From: Armatimonadota bacterium
GTDB lineage: Bacteria; Armatimonadota; Armatimonadia; Armatimonadales; Armatimonadaceae
Direction: 5' to 3'
DNA: 21,245 nucleotides
Assembly (NCBI GenBank): GCA_043754515.1
Contig: JAYUUO010000296.1
Span: forward strand, 1-21,245
The first letter of the stretch is position 1. Each line of letters begins with the position of its first letter. Of the stretch, positions 1 through 7,907 are shown in pieces. The position numbers were made by a program, and so were the translations under genes. The notes below the pieces were generated by a model. It was given only the letters and a program-made list of their open reading frames with translations. It was not told the DNA's origin and searched no databases.

Positions 1-309
1 TCCCGGCGCGGCCCGCCCGATCAGCCGCCACGGCGTGCCCGCTATTCGCCGATCCTCGGGGTGGTGCGGCTTGCGCGAGGCAGACTCGTACAACGGAACC
101 TCGATGATGTCCCACGGGGCGGGGTCGGAATAGTCGGAAATGCGATACTGCGACGGGTACAGTTCGCCCTACTCCGTCATGCCGACCGGGCGCAACCACT
201 CTGGCACCACGCGATCCGTGCGAATGCCCGCGATGCACCGCCCGTTGTGCTTGTCCGAGTTCGCGAGGCAGATCATCCGCGCCGTTTCCGCCACCGTTCT
301 GTTTGTCAT
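1..309 (-). pseudogene. Dual OB-fold-domain (DuOB-like) protein gene interrupted by an in-frame TAG at 169-171; runs off the window start
   Basis: ATG at 309 after a purine-rich GGAGAAAAGGGAC. Translation: MTNRTVAETARMICLANSDKHNGRCIAGIRTDRVVPEWLRPVGMTE*GELYPSQYRISDYSDPAPWDIIEVPLYESASRKPHHPEDRRIAGTPWRLIGRAAPG. The motifs CLANS..GRC.AG, W.RPV, GEL, DI.E.PL and H.PED resemble the dual-OB family that accompanies DUF488 genes (recognised from memory). Similarity continues in the same frame past the stop. Confidence 0.75.
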
Positions 310-350
310 GTCCCTTTTCTCCCGCACGCCGTGTCCTTTTTCTCTCGCAC
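309..350. repeat. 19-bp tandem direct repeat (2 mismatches) over the DuOB ribosome-binding region
   Basis: tgtcccttttctcccgcac (309-327) versus tgtcctttttctctcgcac (332-350). Confidence 0.6.
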
Positions 351-400
351 ACATAGATAACGAGGGCAACGAGGCATATCTAACAGGGTATTTTCAGGTT

Positions 401-838
401 TCAGAGGTGGGTCACCGAAAAGTTTCCCCAGCGGTCACGCAGATATTCCAGAACCAGGCGGCGATGGCACTGATCCGCGGTTGCCTCGGAGCACAAAAGC
501 ACGGTCGGAACATCCAGAATCAGAGATTGAGGCACGGTTTCGGCGACCTAGCGTTCGTCCATCAGCGCGAGGAACGTCCGCTCGTAATTGGCCCAGTCCC
601 CCGTTTTCTGGTACGCCACCCGCAATCCCGGCGTCGGCGCGAGGAGCGGTTCGTGGACATACTCCGCGCCGAGCAGTTCGCGCAAGAAGTAGGGAAGGTC
701 GGCGCGCTTCGACCAGCCAGCGAGCTGGGACGAGTTGTTGAGCCGCACATCGAGCAACCGACGGACACCGGCGTCCTTCAGTCGCCCGAAAAACCCCTCG
801 GCCGTCGTGCGCGTGAAACCGATGGAATAGACTTCCAT
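401..838 (-). pseudogene. DUF488 family protein gene with an in-frame TAG at 548-550
   Basis: ATG at 838: MEVYSIGFT...LLDVRLNNSSQLAGWSKR.DL.YFL...LAPT...YERTFLALMDER*VAETVPQSLILDVPTVLLCSEATADQCHRRLVLEYLRDRWGNFSVTHL, then TGA at 401-403. The family signature LLCSE..CHRR lies downstream of the TAG in the same frame. Confidence 0.85.
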
Positions 839-936
839 TCTTTCCCCGTCTCCTTTTCGTCGAATAGCGCGGCTTGCGCGGGCGCAGGCCCGCCGGCTTC
901 GATGGTGGTTTGCACGCGCCCGTCGCCGCGCAAGTC
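778..936 (-). pseudogene. 3' remnant of an upstream gene, probably a second DUF488 paralog
   Basis: Start-less open frame DLRGDGRVQTTIEAGGPAPAQAALFDEKETGKEWKSIPSVSRARRPRGFSGD* overlaps the DUF488 start. It resembles the RGDG...LF...WKS.SVS tail of the first gene in DUF488 pairs. An upstream in-frame TGA lies at 964-966. Confidence 0.55.
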
Positions 937-1389
937 GAGAAGCCGCGTTCGGAGCTCCTTGTCTCACCAATCTTGGTGGAAGTGCGTGAGGTTTTAGAGC
1001 GGCAGGTCACTTTGTTCTCCGGCGAGCTGTTCAACGTCGAGCGGAAATCCGATCTGTACGGGTACTGCGATTTTTTGATTAGCCGCGACCCGCTGGTGCT
1101 CCAGATCGAGGCACCGGTTGTCGTAGTCGCCGGGGCAAAGAAGGAGAACTTGACGGCGGGGGTGGCTCAGTGTATAGCCGGCATGGTCGCCGCCCAAAGG
1201 TTTAACGACAAACGCGGCAAGCCGGTGCCGCCCGTTTTCGGTGTTCTAACTAGTGGTACGAACTGGCAGTTCTTACAAATCACTAACACGGCAGTAGAAG
1301 TCGAGTTGGGCGAACACACCCTCGCTGAACTGCCGATCATCCTGGGTATTCTGGTTTATATGGCATCCGGAAGGACCGACAGCCCGTAA
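937..1389 (+). pseudogene. 5'-truncated PD-(D/E)xK nuclease-like (HSDR_N-like) hypothetical protein
   Basis: EKPRSELLVSPIL..LFSG..FNV..L.GYCDFLISR...APVVVVAGAKKENL..GVAQCIA.MVAAQRFN..VFGVLTSGTNWQFL..ILGIL. This matches a widespread family whose consensus I recall as EKARSE / CDF / VEAKKE. There is no credible start or N-terminus, and the E of the E-x-K motif reads G (GGG at 1132-1134). Confidence 0.65.
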
Positions 1390-1589
1390 CTCGCGGGCCA
1401 GATGTTCGCGGGCGACCGACATCCCACGAACGGATGATGAGACGGGCGACTCTGCGGCAATCATACGGCTCGGAGGAGTCACAACGGCAGTTTATGGAGG
1501 GCAGCGAGGAACGTCGGAACGGCAAGTGATATCCCTCTTAAGAGTCGCCAGTCGTGTGGTTCAACCGGCACTCGATTAGCCTCCATAAG

Positions 1590-1619
1590 TTGCGACGCGA
1601 AACGGGCGCGTGGTATACT
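1590..1619 (+). promoter_or_regulatory. Sigma70-type promoter of the nusA operon
   Basis: TTGCGA (1590-1595), 18-nt spacer, TATACT (1614-1619) with an extended -10 TG at 1611-1612. Confidence 0.7.
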
Positions 1620-1699
1620 TCGTGTGCGAAAGATTTTGGCGCGAACCGGGGGGGAGCGGGATGCTACCCGCCGGTTCGTAGGGCAACCCGATGCACCAC

Positions 1700-1740
1700 A
1701 AGAGCGGGGCCGCCACGCGGTCCCGCTCTTTGCGTCGTTT
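1700..1740 (+). terminator. Leader hairpin/attenuator resembling the rimP-nusA leader terminator
   Basis: AAGAGCGGGGCCGC-CAC-GCGGTCCCGCTCTT forms a 14-bp stem with one G-U pair, followed by an interrupted U tract (TGCGTCGTTT), 75 nt before the nusA ATG. Confidence 0.65.
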
Positions 1741-1815
1741 AGACATTACGGCGCGGAAGGATCCGCGCCATTCGAGGTCGCCCAAATTGAAGAAATAGGA
1801 GAGCGGAAAAACAAC

Positions 1816-2979
1816 ATGAACGCCGAGTTTTTTGAAGCCTTGCGGCAGTTGGAGCGCGAGCGGGATCTATCCAATTCCACGATCCTCGACGGCATTCAAA
1901 AGGCGTTAACCAAGGCGTACCAGAGGAGTCTGGGCACCGAACTGGACGTCAACATCCGCGTCGAACTCGGCGGCGGGGGCAAGTCCGCCTTCCGCGTTTT
2001 CCGCCGGATGAACGTGGTCGAGGCGGTACACAACCCGTTCGCGGAAGTCACGCTCGCCGCCGCACGCGCCGACCACAAGCCTGACTCGCAACTAGGCGAC
2101 GTGGTCGAGGAGTTGCTTAGCGAACGCGACATCGAGAAAATCGGGCGGATTGGGGCACAGCTCGGTAAGCAGGTGCTTCAGCAATCGGTGCGCGACGCCG
2201 AGCGCGACCGCGATTTTGACGAGTATTTCGACAAAATCGGCACCATCGAAACTGGCACCGTGTCGCGCCGCGAGGGCGGGAACGTCGTGATCATGCTCGG
2301 CAAGAAGGAAGCGATTCTTTCGATCAAGGAGCAGGTGCCGAGCGAGTCGTACCGGTTCAACGACCGGCTCAAGATCTTCGTCGTGGACGTCAAGAAAACG
2401 CCGCGCGGCCCGCAGATCATCGTGTCTCGGACACATCCATCCCTGATCCGCCGCCTGTTCGAGCTAGAGGTGCCGGAACTACAGGACAGCGTGGTGCAGA
2501 TCAAGTCGGTGGCGCGCGAGGCGGGACAGCGTAGCAAGATCGCCGTCGCCTCTAAAGACGACCGGGTGGACGCGGTCGGGGCGTGCGTCGGACACCGCGG
2601 GGGCCGCGTACAGGCGGTAGTCAACGAACTGTTCGACGAGAAAATTGACATCGTTCGGTGGAGCGCGGACAACCGCCAGTTCATCACCGAGTCACTCTCG
2701 CCGGCGAAGGTGTCGTCCGTACAACTCGACGAGGACGCCAAATCGGCGTTCGTTGTCGTGCCGGATAATCAGTTGTCGCTCGCGATCGGCAAGGCGGGCC
2801 AGAACGTCCGGCTCGCGGCGCGACTGACCGGATGGCGTATTGACATACGCTCCGACTCGCAAGTCGCGAAGCAGGCGTTCTTGGAAGCGGCGGCGCAACT
2901 AGCGTCCGCGCCGGAAGACCCGGAGGCGGAGGCACTGCTCCCGCCGATCACGTTCGGCGACGAGAACGACAGTGAGTAA
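1816..2979 (+). CDS. nusA: Transcription termination/antitermination factor NusA (387 aa)
   Basis: MNAEFFEALRQLERER N-terminus, S1 domain, KH motifs (SRTHP, AREAGQRSKIAV, GACVG, LSLAIGKAGQNVRLAARLTGWRIDI). ATG at 1816 follows AGGAG; the ORF-track start at 1624 is over-extended. Confidence 0.98.
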   Translation: MNAEFFEALRQLERERDLSNSTILDGIQKALTKAYQRSLGTELDVNIRVELGGGGKSAFRVFRRMNVVEAVHNPFAEVTLAAARADHKPDSQLGDVVEELLSERDIEKIGRIGAQLGKQVLQQSVRDAERDRDFDEYFDKIGTIETGTVSRREGGNVVIMLGKKEAILSIKEQVPSESYRFNDRLKIFVVDVKKTPRGPQIIVSRTHPSLIRRLFELEVPELQDSVVQIKSVAREAGQRSKIAVASKDDRVDAVGACVGHRGGRVQAVVNELFDEKIDIVRWSADNRQFITESLSPAKVSSVQLDEDAKSAFVVVPDNQLSLAIGKAGQNVRLAARLTGWRIDIRSDSQVAKQAFLEAAAQLASAPEDPEAEALLPPITFGDENDSE

Positions 2980-3376
2980 GAAGGCGAGCGTCGGGGGGCG
3001 AACGGGTACAGCGCCCCCCCCGGCCCCGCAAACCGCGAAACCGGTGTTCGCGGGACGCCGGACGCCGATCAGGACCTGCGTCGCCTGCCGAACCTCGGGC
3101 GGGAAACGGGGCTTACTGCGAGTCGTGCGCCTGCCGGAGGGCGCGGGCGTCACGCTGGACCCGACCGGAAAGCAGTCCGGGCGAGGCGCGTACGTTTGCG
3201 CGATCCCCGAATGCGTCGCGACCGCGCAGAAGCGCAAGGCGTTCGAGCGGTCCTTAAAGGTCGCAGTCGGAGGCGAGGTTTTCGACGCCTTACGCGAGGC
3301 GGTCGCCGCGAAGGCGGAAATGGAAGTGGTCGAGGCGGGGTCAAACCCGGAGGCGGACGCAACAATCGCCTCGTAA
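2972..3376 (+). CDS. ylxR: YlxR/RnpM (DUF448) family RNA-binding protein
   Basis: P.RTCVACR...LLRVVR...DPTGK.SGRGAYVC..PEC...AFERSLK; canonical position after nusA; GTG start overlaps the nusA end. Confidence 0.92.
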   Translation: MSKKASVGGRTGTAPPPAPQTAKPVFAGRRTPIRTCVACRTSGGKRGLLRVVRLPEGAGVTLDPTGKQSGRGAYVCAIPECVATAQKRKAFERSLKVAVGGEVFDALREAVAAKAEMEVVEAGSNPEADATIAS

Positions 3377-3402
3377 TACACGTAGTAGTTACGCTAGATG
3401 TT

Positions 3403-3552
3403 GGAGTCGCGCGGTTAGCTACGAACCGCGTTTCGGGTCGCGCGAGCGACTCCCGAAACGTAAGTCGCGCCATCCGACGGCGAACTCTGGCATACCAGTA
3501 TGGAGCGGCGCGTGGTCCCCGAACGGACACAAACGACCGTTCCTTTCTTTTT
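3403..3552 (+). promoter_or_regulatory. Putative structured cis-regulatory RNA ending in a terminator-like hairpin
   Basis: Alternative helices 3403-3410/3446-3453, 3410-3416/3424-3430 and 3429-3437/3452-3460 (the last with an inner GTCGC-GCGA-GCGAC GNRA loop). Hairpin GAACGG/CCGTTC (3521-3542) is followed by CTTTCTTTTT. Confidence 0.4.
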
Positions 3553-3672
3553 GCGTCACGGCGTATTCATAGCACCGCGACACAATAACACCAGCCCGTC
3601 CCGCTCCATCCGGCGCGGGGGCACGGGCAACTCGATACATTGTTTTGTGGTTCCCCCGACAGGGGGCATACA

Positions 3673-3700
3673 AAAGCCGCCCGCTTGAGCGGGCGGCTTT
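3673..3700. repeat. Perfect 12-bp inverted repeat (possible bidirectional terminator or stabilising hairpin)
   Basis: AAAGCCGCCCGC-TTGA-GCGGGCGGCTTT. Confidence 0.7.
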
Positions 3701-3778
3701 AGGAGCCGACTATGAACCAGTAACATAACACGCGGACTTTCGACGAAAGTCCCTTATTCAGGGAAGTGAGGGTGAATT

Positions 3779-5905
3779 ATGCCGATCAAGGTTTTTGATT
3801 TGGCGCGTGAACTACGCAAAACCAATACAGAGATGCTCGCGGTCGCACGGGAAATCGGACTCGTGAAACTGTCCCCGGCGAGCGATCTGGACGATGACAC
3901 GGCGGCGAAACTACGCACGGCGATCGTCGGCACCGGTCCCGCCCCGTCCGCGAATGGTAACGCGACGGGACACGCGGCCACAACCGCCGCGCCTGCGGAC
4001 GCGGCTCCCGTGCCGGGGGCGGTAATCGAGGTCCCCGCTAATATCACGGTCAAGGAACTGGGTGACCGACTCGGCGTCCCCGCCGGAGACGTCCAGAAGG
4101 TTCTGATGAACATGGGCGTGCTCGCGGCCTTGAACCAGCGGCTCGCTGGGGACGCCATCAACCGGATCGCGACCAAGCTCGGCCGAACCGTGCAGATCAT
4201 GACCACCACCCCGGTGCCCGTCGCGGTTTCGGTAGCAACGAAAGTCGCGCCCGTCGAACCGGCGGTGAACGGCGTCGCGGTACGCAAAGTACCCGCGACA
4301 AACGGCATCAGCGCGAACAAGCCGCGTTCCGGTGCTACGCAGGTAACTGGCGCGTCTGGACAAATCGAGATGACCCCGCGCCCGCCCGTAGTCACGATCA
4401 TGGGACACGTTGACCACGGCAAGACGACACTGCTAGACACGATCCGCAAAACCAGCGTCGCTGACCGCGAAGCGGGCGGCATAACGCAGCACATCGGCGC
4501 GTACCAGGTCGAAGTGGAAGGGCAACGCATTACGTTCCTCGACACGCCTGGCCACGCGGCGTTCTCGGCGATGCGCTCGCGCGGCGCGTCCGTCACCGAC
4601 ATCGTGGTGATCGTGGTCGCGGCGGACGATGGCGTGATGCCGCAGACCGAAGAGGCGATCAAAATCGCCAAAACGGCGGGCGTTCCGATCATCGTCGCCG
4701 TTAACAAGATAGACAAGCCCGATTCCAACCCCGACCGGGTTCTCACCGAACTGATGCAGTACGAGTTGATGCCAGAAGCCTACGGCGGAGACATACAGAC
4801 AGTCAACATTTCGGCGAAAAAGGGCGACGGGATCAAGGGACTGCTCGATACGATCCTGCTCGTCTCCGAAGCGGTCGTGGAGCCGAAGGCGAACCCGCAC
4901 GGGCCGGTGCAGGGCACCATCATTGAGGCGAAGGTGGACAAGGGGCGCGGCGCGGTCGCGACCGTTCTTGTCCAGCAGGGCACCCTGCGTACGGGCGATG
5001 TGGTCGTCGCCGGAGTGACCTTCGGCAAGGTGCGCGGCATGGCGGATGAACGCGGCGCGAAACTCGTTAAGGCGGGCCCATCCTCGCCGGTCGAGATCAT
5101 CGGCCTGAACGCGGTCCCGGAGGCGGGCGACAAACTGTTCGTCGCCAAGAACGAGAAGGAAGCGCGCGTGCTGGTCTCCGAGCGCGAAGAACTGCTCAAG
5201 ACCGGCAAACTCGGCGACCGGAGCCTGATGTCGCTCGAATCGCTGTACAAGCAGCTCCGTTCGGGTCCCGTCAAGGAACTCAACATCGTGATCAAGGGCG
5301 ACGTTCAGGGGTCGGTTCAAGCCGTCCGCGACTCGCTGATCACGCTGGGCAACTCCGAAGTGCGCGTGCGCGTCCTCACCACAGGCGTCGGCGCGATCAC
5401 CGAGGGTGACGTTCTACTCGCGGCGTCGGACAAGGATCAAGAGGAGAAGAACTCGCTCGTGATCGGGTTCAACGTCGGGATCTCGGATCAGGCGAAGAAA
5501 AAGGCCGAGTCCGAACACGTCCAGATCAAGACCTACACGATCATCTATCAATTGATAGATGCCGTGATTGAGGCGATGATCGCGCTGTTGCCGCCGATCT
5601 ACGAGGAGTTCATCCTCGGCAAGACCGAAATCAGGCAACTGTTCCGATTGCCCGGCGGCCGCTCTATCGCGGGTGCCATGGTGACGGACGGCGTGGTGAA
5701 GCGCAACGGCAAGGTGCGCCTGTTCCGTGGCAAGGATCTCCTGGTTACGGCGGACGTGGACACGCTGAAGCGGTTCAAGGACGACGCGAAGGAGGTCGCG
5801 GCGGGCTACGAGTGTGGTATCACGCTCCGCGGCTTCAACGACCTGGCTATCGGCGACACGATGGAATCGTTCGAGATGCGACCGATCCCGCGTACGCTGG
5901 ACTAG
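3779..5905 (+). CDS. infB: Translation initiation factor IF-2 (708 aa)
   Basis: IF2_N repeats ([16 protein letters not shown]), [37 protein letters not shown], and the C-terminal [19 protein letters not shown]. Confidence 0.99.
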   Translation: MPIKVFDLARELRKTNTEMLAVAREIGLVKLSPASDLDDDTAAKLRTAIVGTGPAPSANGNATGHAATTAAPADAAPVPGAVIEVPANITVKELGDRLGVPAGDVQKVLMNMGVLAALNQRLAGDAINRIATKLGRTVQIMTTTPVPVAVSVATKVAPVEPAVNGVAVRKVPATNGISANKPRSGATQVTGASGQIEMTPRPPVVTIMGHVDHGKTTLLDTIRKTSVADREAGGITQHIGAYQVEVEGQRITFLDTPGHAAFSAMRSRGASVTDIVVIVVAADDGVMPQTEEAIKIAKTAGVPIIVAVNKIDKPDSNPDRVLTELMQYELMPEAYGGDIQTVNISAKKGDGIKGLLDTILLVSEAVVEPKANPHGPVQGTIIEAKVDKGRGAVATVLVQQGTLRTGDVVVAGVTFGKVRGMADERGAKLVKAGPSSPVEIIGLNAVPEAGDKLFVAKNEKEARVLVSEREELLKTGKLGDRSLMSLESLYKQLRSGPVKELNIVIKGDVQGSVQAVRDSLITLGNSEVRVRVLTTGVGAITEGDVLLAASDKDQEEKNSLVIGFNVGISDQAKKKAESEHVQIKTYTIIYQLIDAVIEAMIALLPPIYEEFILGKTEIRQLFRLPGGRSIAGAMVTDGVVKRNGKVRLFRGKDLLVTADVDTLKRFKDDAKEVAAGYECGITLRGFNDLAIGDTMESFEMRPIPRTLD

Positions 5906-5948
5906 CCGCGCCCGCCGGTGTACTCCCCCATCCGTACCGGCAAACGTT

Positions 5949-5980
5949 CCCGCCCCGCGCTATTAGTGGCGTGGGGCGGG
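5949..5980 (+). other. GC-rich intergenic hairpin without a U tract between infB and DUF503
   Basis: CCCGCCCCGCGCTA-TTAG-TGGCGTGGGGCGGG, 14 bp including two G-U pairs. Confidence 0.55.
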
Positions 5981-5996
5981 GGCGGGGGGCAATCAA

Positions 5997-6278
5997 ATGC
6001 ACATCGGCGTTTTGACGCTGAATCTGGCCATAGATAGCGCGGACAGTTTGAAAGACAAGCGACAGGTCCTCAAAAGCCTGATCGCGCACATCCGCAACAA
6101 ATTTAACGTGTCGATCGCCGAAGTCGAGGAACAGGACATTTGGCGGCGGGCGGTTCTGGGTATCGCGGTGGTGTCGAACGAGGAGAAGTTCGCCAACGCG
6201 GTGCTTTCTAAGATCGTAGACCATGTCGAGGGCGACTTTCGTGTCGTGCTGGACGGGTACTCGATAGAAATGCTTTAG
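5997..6278 (+). CDS. ylxP: DUF503 (YlxP-like) protein
   Basis: M.IGVL.L.L.I..ADSLKDKRQVLKSL...RNKFNVSIAEV..QD.W.RA.LGIAVVS; canonical position between infB and rbfA. Confidence 0.93.
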   Translation: MHIGVLTLNLAIDSADSLKDKRQVLKSLIAHIRNKFNVSIAEVEEQDIWRRAVLGIAVVSNEEKFANAVLSKIVDHVEGDFRVVLDGYSIEML

Positions 6279-6293
6279 GGAGACGATTACATC

Positions 6294-6908
6294 ATGCCGA
6301 CAATACGGCAAGCGCGGGTCGGCGAGCTGATCAAGCGCGACCTGGCGGAAATCCTACAGAAAGCCATGCGCGACGAGCGGGTCGCGCTGGTCACGATCAA
6401 CAGCGTCGAGGTTGCCCGCGACTTCACGGTGGCGAAGGTTTTCGTCTCGTGCATGGGCGGCGAGAAGGAGAAGACGCTCGCAGTCAAGGCGTTGCAAGGC
6501 GCAGCGGGCTTCCTGCGCGGCCAACTCGGCGGCATGCTCGACCTTCGCACGGTCCCGATATTACAGTTCCGCTACGACACCGGTGTCGAAAAAGGTGTCC
6601 GTATGTTCGAGTTGTTGAAGGAAGAGCAACGATTCTTCACCGACAACCCGCAAACGGCGGAAGTTGTCGCGCCTGCGGGTGCCCTCTCTCCTGACCCCTC
6701 TCCCTTCGGAGGGAGAGGGGGACCGGAAACAGCGGCGGACGATCTGGGGAGGGGGGCAGGCGTAGCAACGGGCGGGGAGGTTTCGTCCACGGAAGTAGAG
6801 ACACTGGGAGCACTCTCAAGATCAGCCGACGCTGCTTCCGGCTCCCCTCTCCCTCCGAAGGGAGAGGGGTCAGGAGAGAGGGCACCCGAGGAAACCACGC
6901 CGCAATGA
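6294..6908 (+). CDS. rbfA: Ribosome-binding factor A with a repeat-derived C-terminal extension (204 aa)
   Basis: RQARVGELIKRDLAEIL..DER..VTINSVEV.RDF..AKVFVS..L..A.GFLR..L..LDLRTVP.L.F.YD. The last ~80 aa derive mostly from the palindromic element. Confidence 0.95.
   Translation: MPTIRQARVGELIKRDLAEILQKAMRDERVALVTINSVEVARDFTVAKVFVSCMGGEKEKTLAVKALQGAAGFLRGQLGGMLDLRTVPILQFRYDTGVEKGVRMFELLKEEQRFFTDNPQTAEVVAPAGALSPDPSPFGGRGGPETAADDLGRGAGVATGGEVSSTEVETLGALSRSADAASGSPLPPKGEGSGERAPEETTPQ
6676..6888. mobile_element. 213-bp MITE/REPIN-like palindromic element with 70-bp terminal inverted repeats, in frame within rbfA
   Basis: 6676-6745 matches the reverse complement of 6819-6888: the first 45 bp are identical and there are 6 mismatches in 70. 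Each arm contains a CCCCTCTCCCT-N4-AGGGAGAGGGG palindrome. Confidence 0.8.
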
Positions 6909-7900
6909 ACCCCATCCTCGTCGCGCCCGTGCCGCGTGAGCAGATGTCGGCGGCGATCACTGCGATCGCCGAGGCACACCGCATCGTGATCGCTTGCCAC
7001 GTCTCCCCAGACGGGGATGCACTCGGTTCGCTACTGGGTCTTGGAATTGGGCTTCGCGCGGTGGGAAAGGATGTGGTGCTTCTGTCGTCAGACGGCGTGC
7101 CCGTGAACTTCGCCTTCCTGCCCGAGTCGGCGACCGTGGAGGCGAACACGGCGCGGCGCGACTTCGATCTCGCCATTGTCGTGGATTCGGGCGATCTGTC
7201 GCGCATCGGGAACGCCCGCGCGGTCGTCGAGGCGACGCCGCTGGTGCTGGACGTGGATCACCATGTCACCGGGAACCTCTTCGGGCAGGTACATCTCGTG
7301 GACGGCGACGCGGCGGCGACGGCGGAGATCGTCTTCGATCTGCTGATCTCGTTCGGGATCGAGATAACGATACCCATAGCGGAGAACCTGCTGTGCGGTA
7401 TTCTGACCGATACCGGCTCGTTTCGCTTCCGCAACACCACCCCACGAACGTTCCAGATCGCGTCCGCGCTGACCGCCATCGGCGCGTCCCCGAACCCGAT
7501 CGCGGAGCAGGTTTTCGAGAACCGTCCGTTCGTCGCGCAGAAGATGCTCGGTCGCGCGCTGGAGCGGATGCGAATTTCCGACGACGGCGCGATCGTCTGG
7601 TCGTCAGTGACGCGGGCCGACTTCGCGGAGACTGGGGCGGGCGACAACGACACGGACGGTGTTTCGACGCAGTTGCAGTCGGTGCGCGGGACGAAAGTAG
7701 CCTTGTTCCTGCGCGAGGCGAAGGACGGCACTTTTCGGGTCTCCCTGCGTTCTAAAGAGCCGTTCGACGTGTCGGCGGTCGCCGCGGAGTTCGGGGGTGG
7801 CGGACACAAACTCGCGTCGGGTTGCTCATTGCCCGGACCACTTGCGGACGCAGAGGCGCGGCTGTTAGCGGCGGTGCGGGCGCGGCGCGGCACGGCTTAA
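6905..7900 (+). CDS. nrnA: DHH/DHHA1 bifunctional oligoribonuclease/PAP phosphatase NrnA
   Basis: H.SPDGDALGS, VVDSG..RIG, DVDHH, GILTDTGSFRF, RVSLRSK, FGGGGH..ASG; ATGA overlap with the rbfA stop. Confidence 0.92.
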   Translation: MNPILVAPVPREQMSAAITAIAEAHRIVIACHVSPDGDALGSLLGLGIGLRAVGKDVVLLSSDGVPVNFAFLPESATVEANTARRDFDLAIVVDSGDLSRIGNARAVVEATPLVLDVDHHVTGNLFGQVHLVDGDAAATAEIVFDLLISFGIEITIPIAENLLCGILTDTGSFRFRNTTPRTFQIASALTAIGASPNPIAEQVFENRPFVAQKMLGRALERMRISDDGAIVWSSVTRADFAETGAGDNDTDGVSTQLQSVRGTKVALFLREAKDGTFRVSLRSKEPFDVSAVAAEFGGGGHKLASGCSLPGPLADAEARLLAAVRARRGTA

Positions 7901-7907
7901 GGCGTGT

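Noticed and set aside
140..997. 285-aa plus-strand ORF
   Set aside because: It is the antisense shadow of the DUF488/dual-OB genes and has no recognisable motifs.
1624..1815. 64-aa N-terminal extension of NusA in the ORF track
   Set aside because: It spans the leader and its hairpin; NusA similarity and an SD point to ATG 1816.
3754..5320. Long minus-strand ORFs (330, 295 and 171 aa) over infB
   Set aside because: These are antisense shadows typical of GC-rich coding DNA.
5997..6908. DUF503 TAG is in frame with rbfA, so readthrough would give a fusion
   Set aside because: This has a one-in-three chance. DUF503 ends at its normal position and rbfA has its own GGGAG SD.
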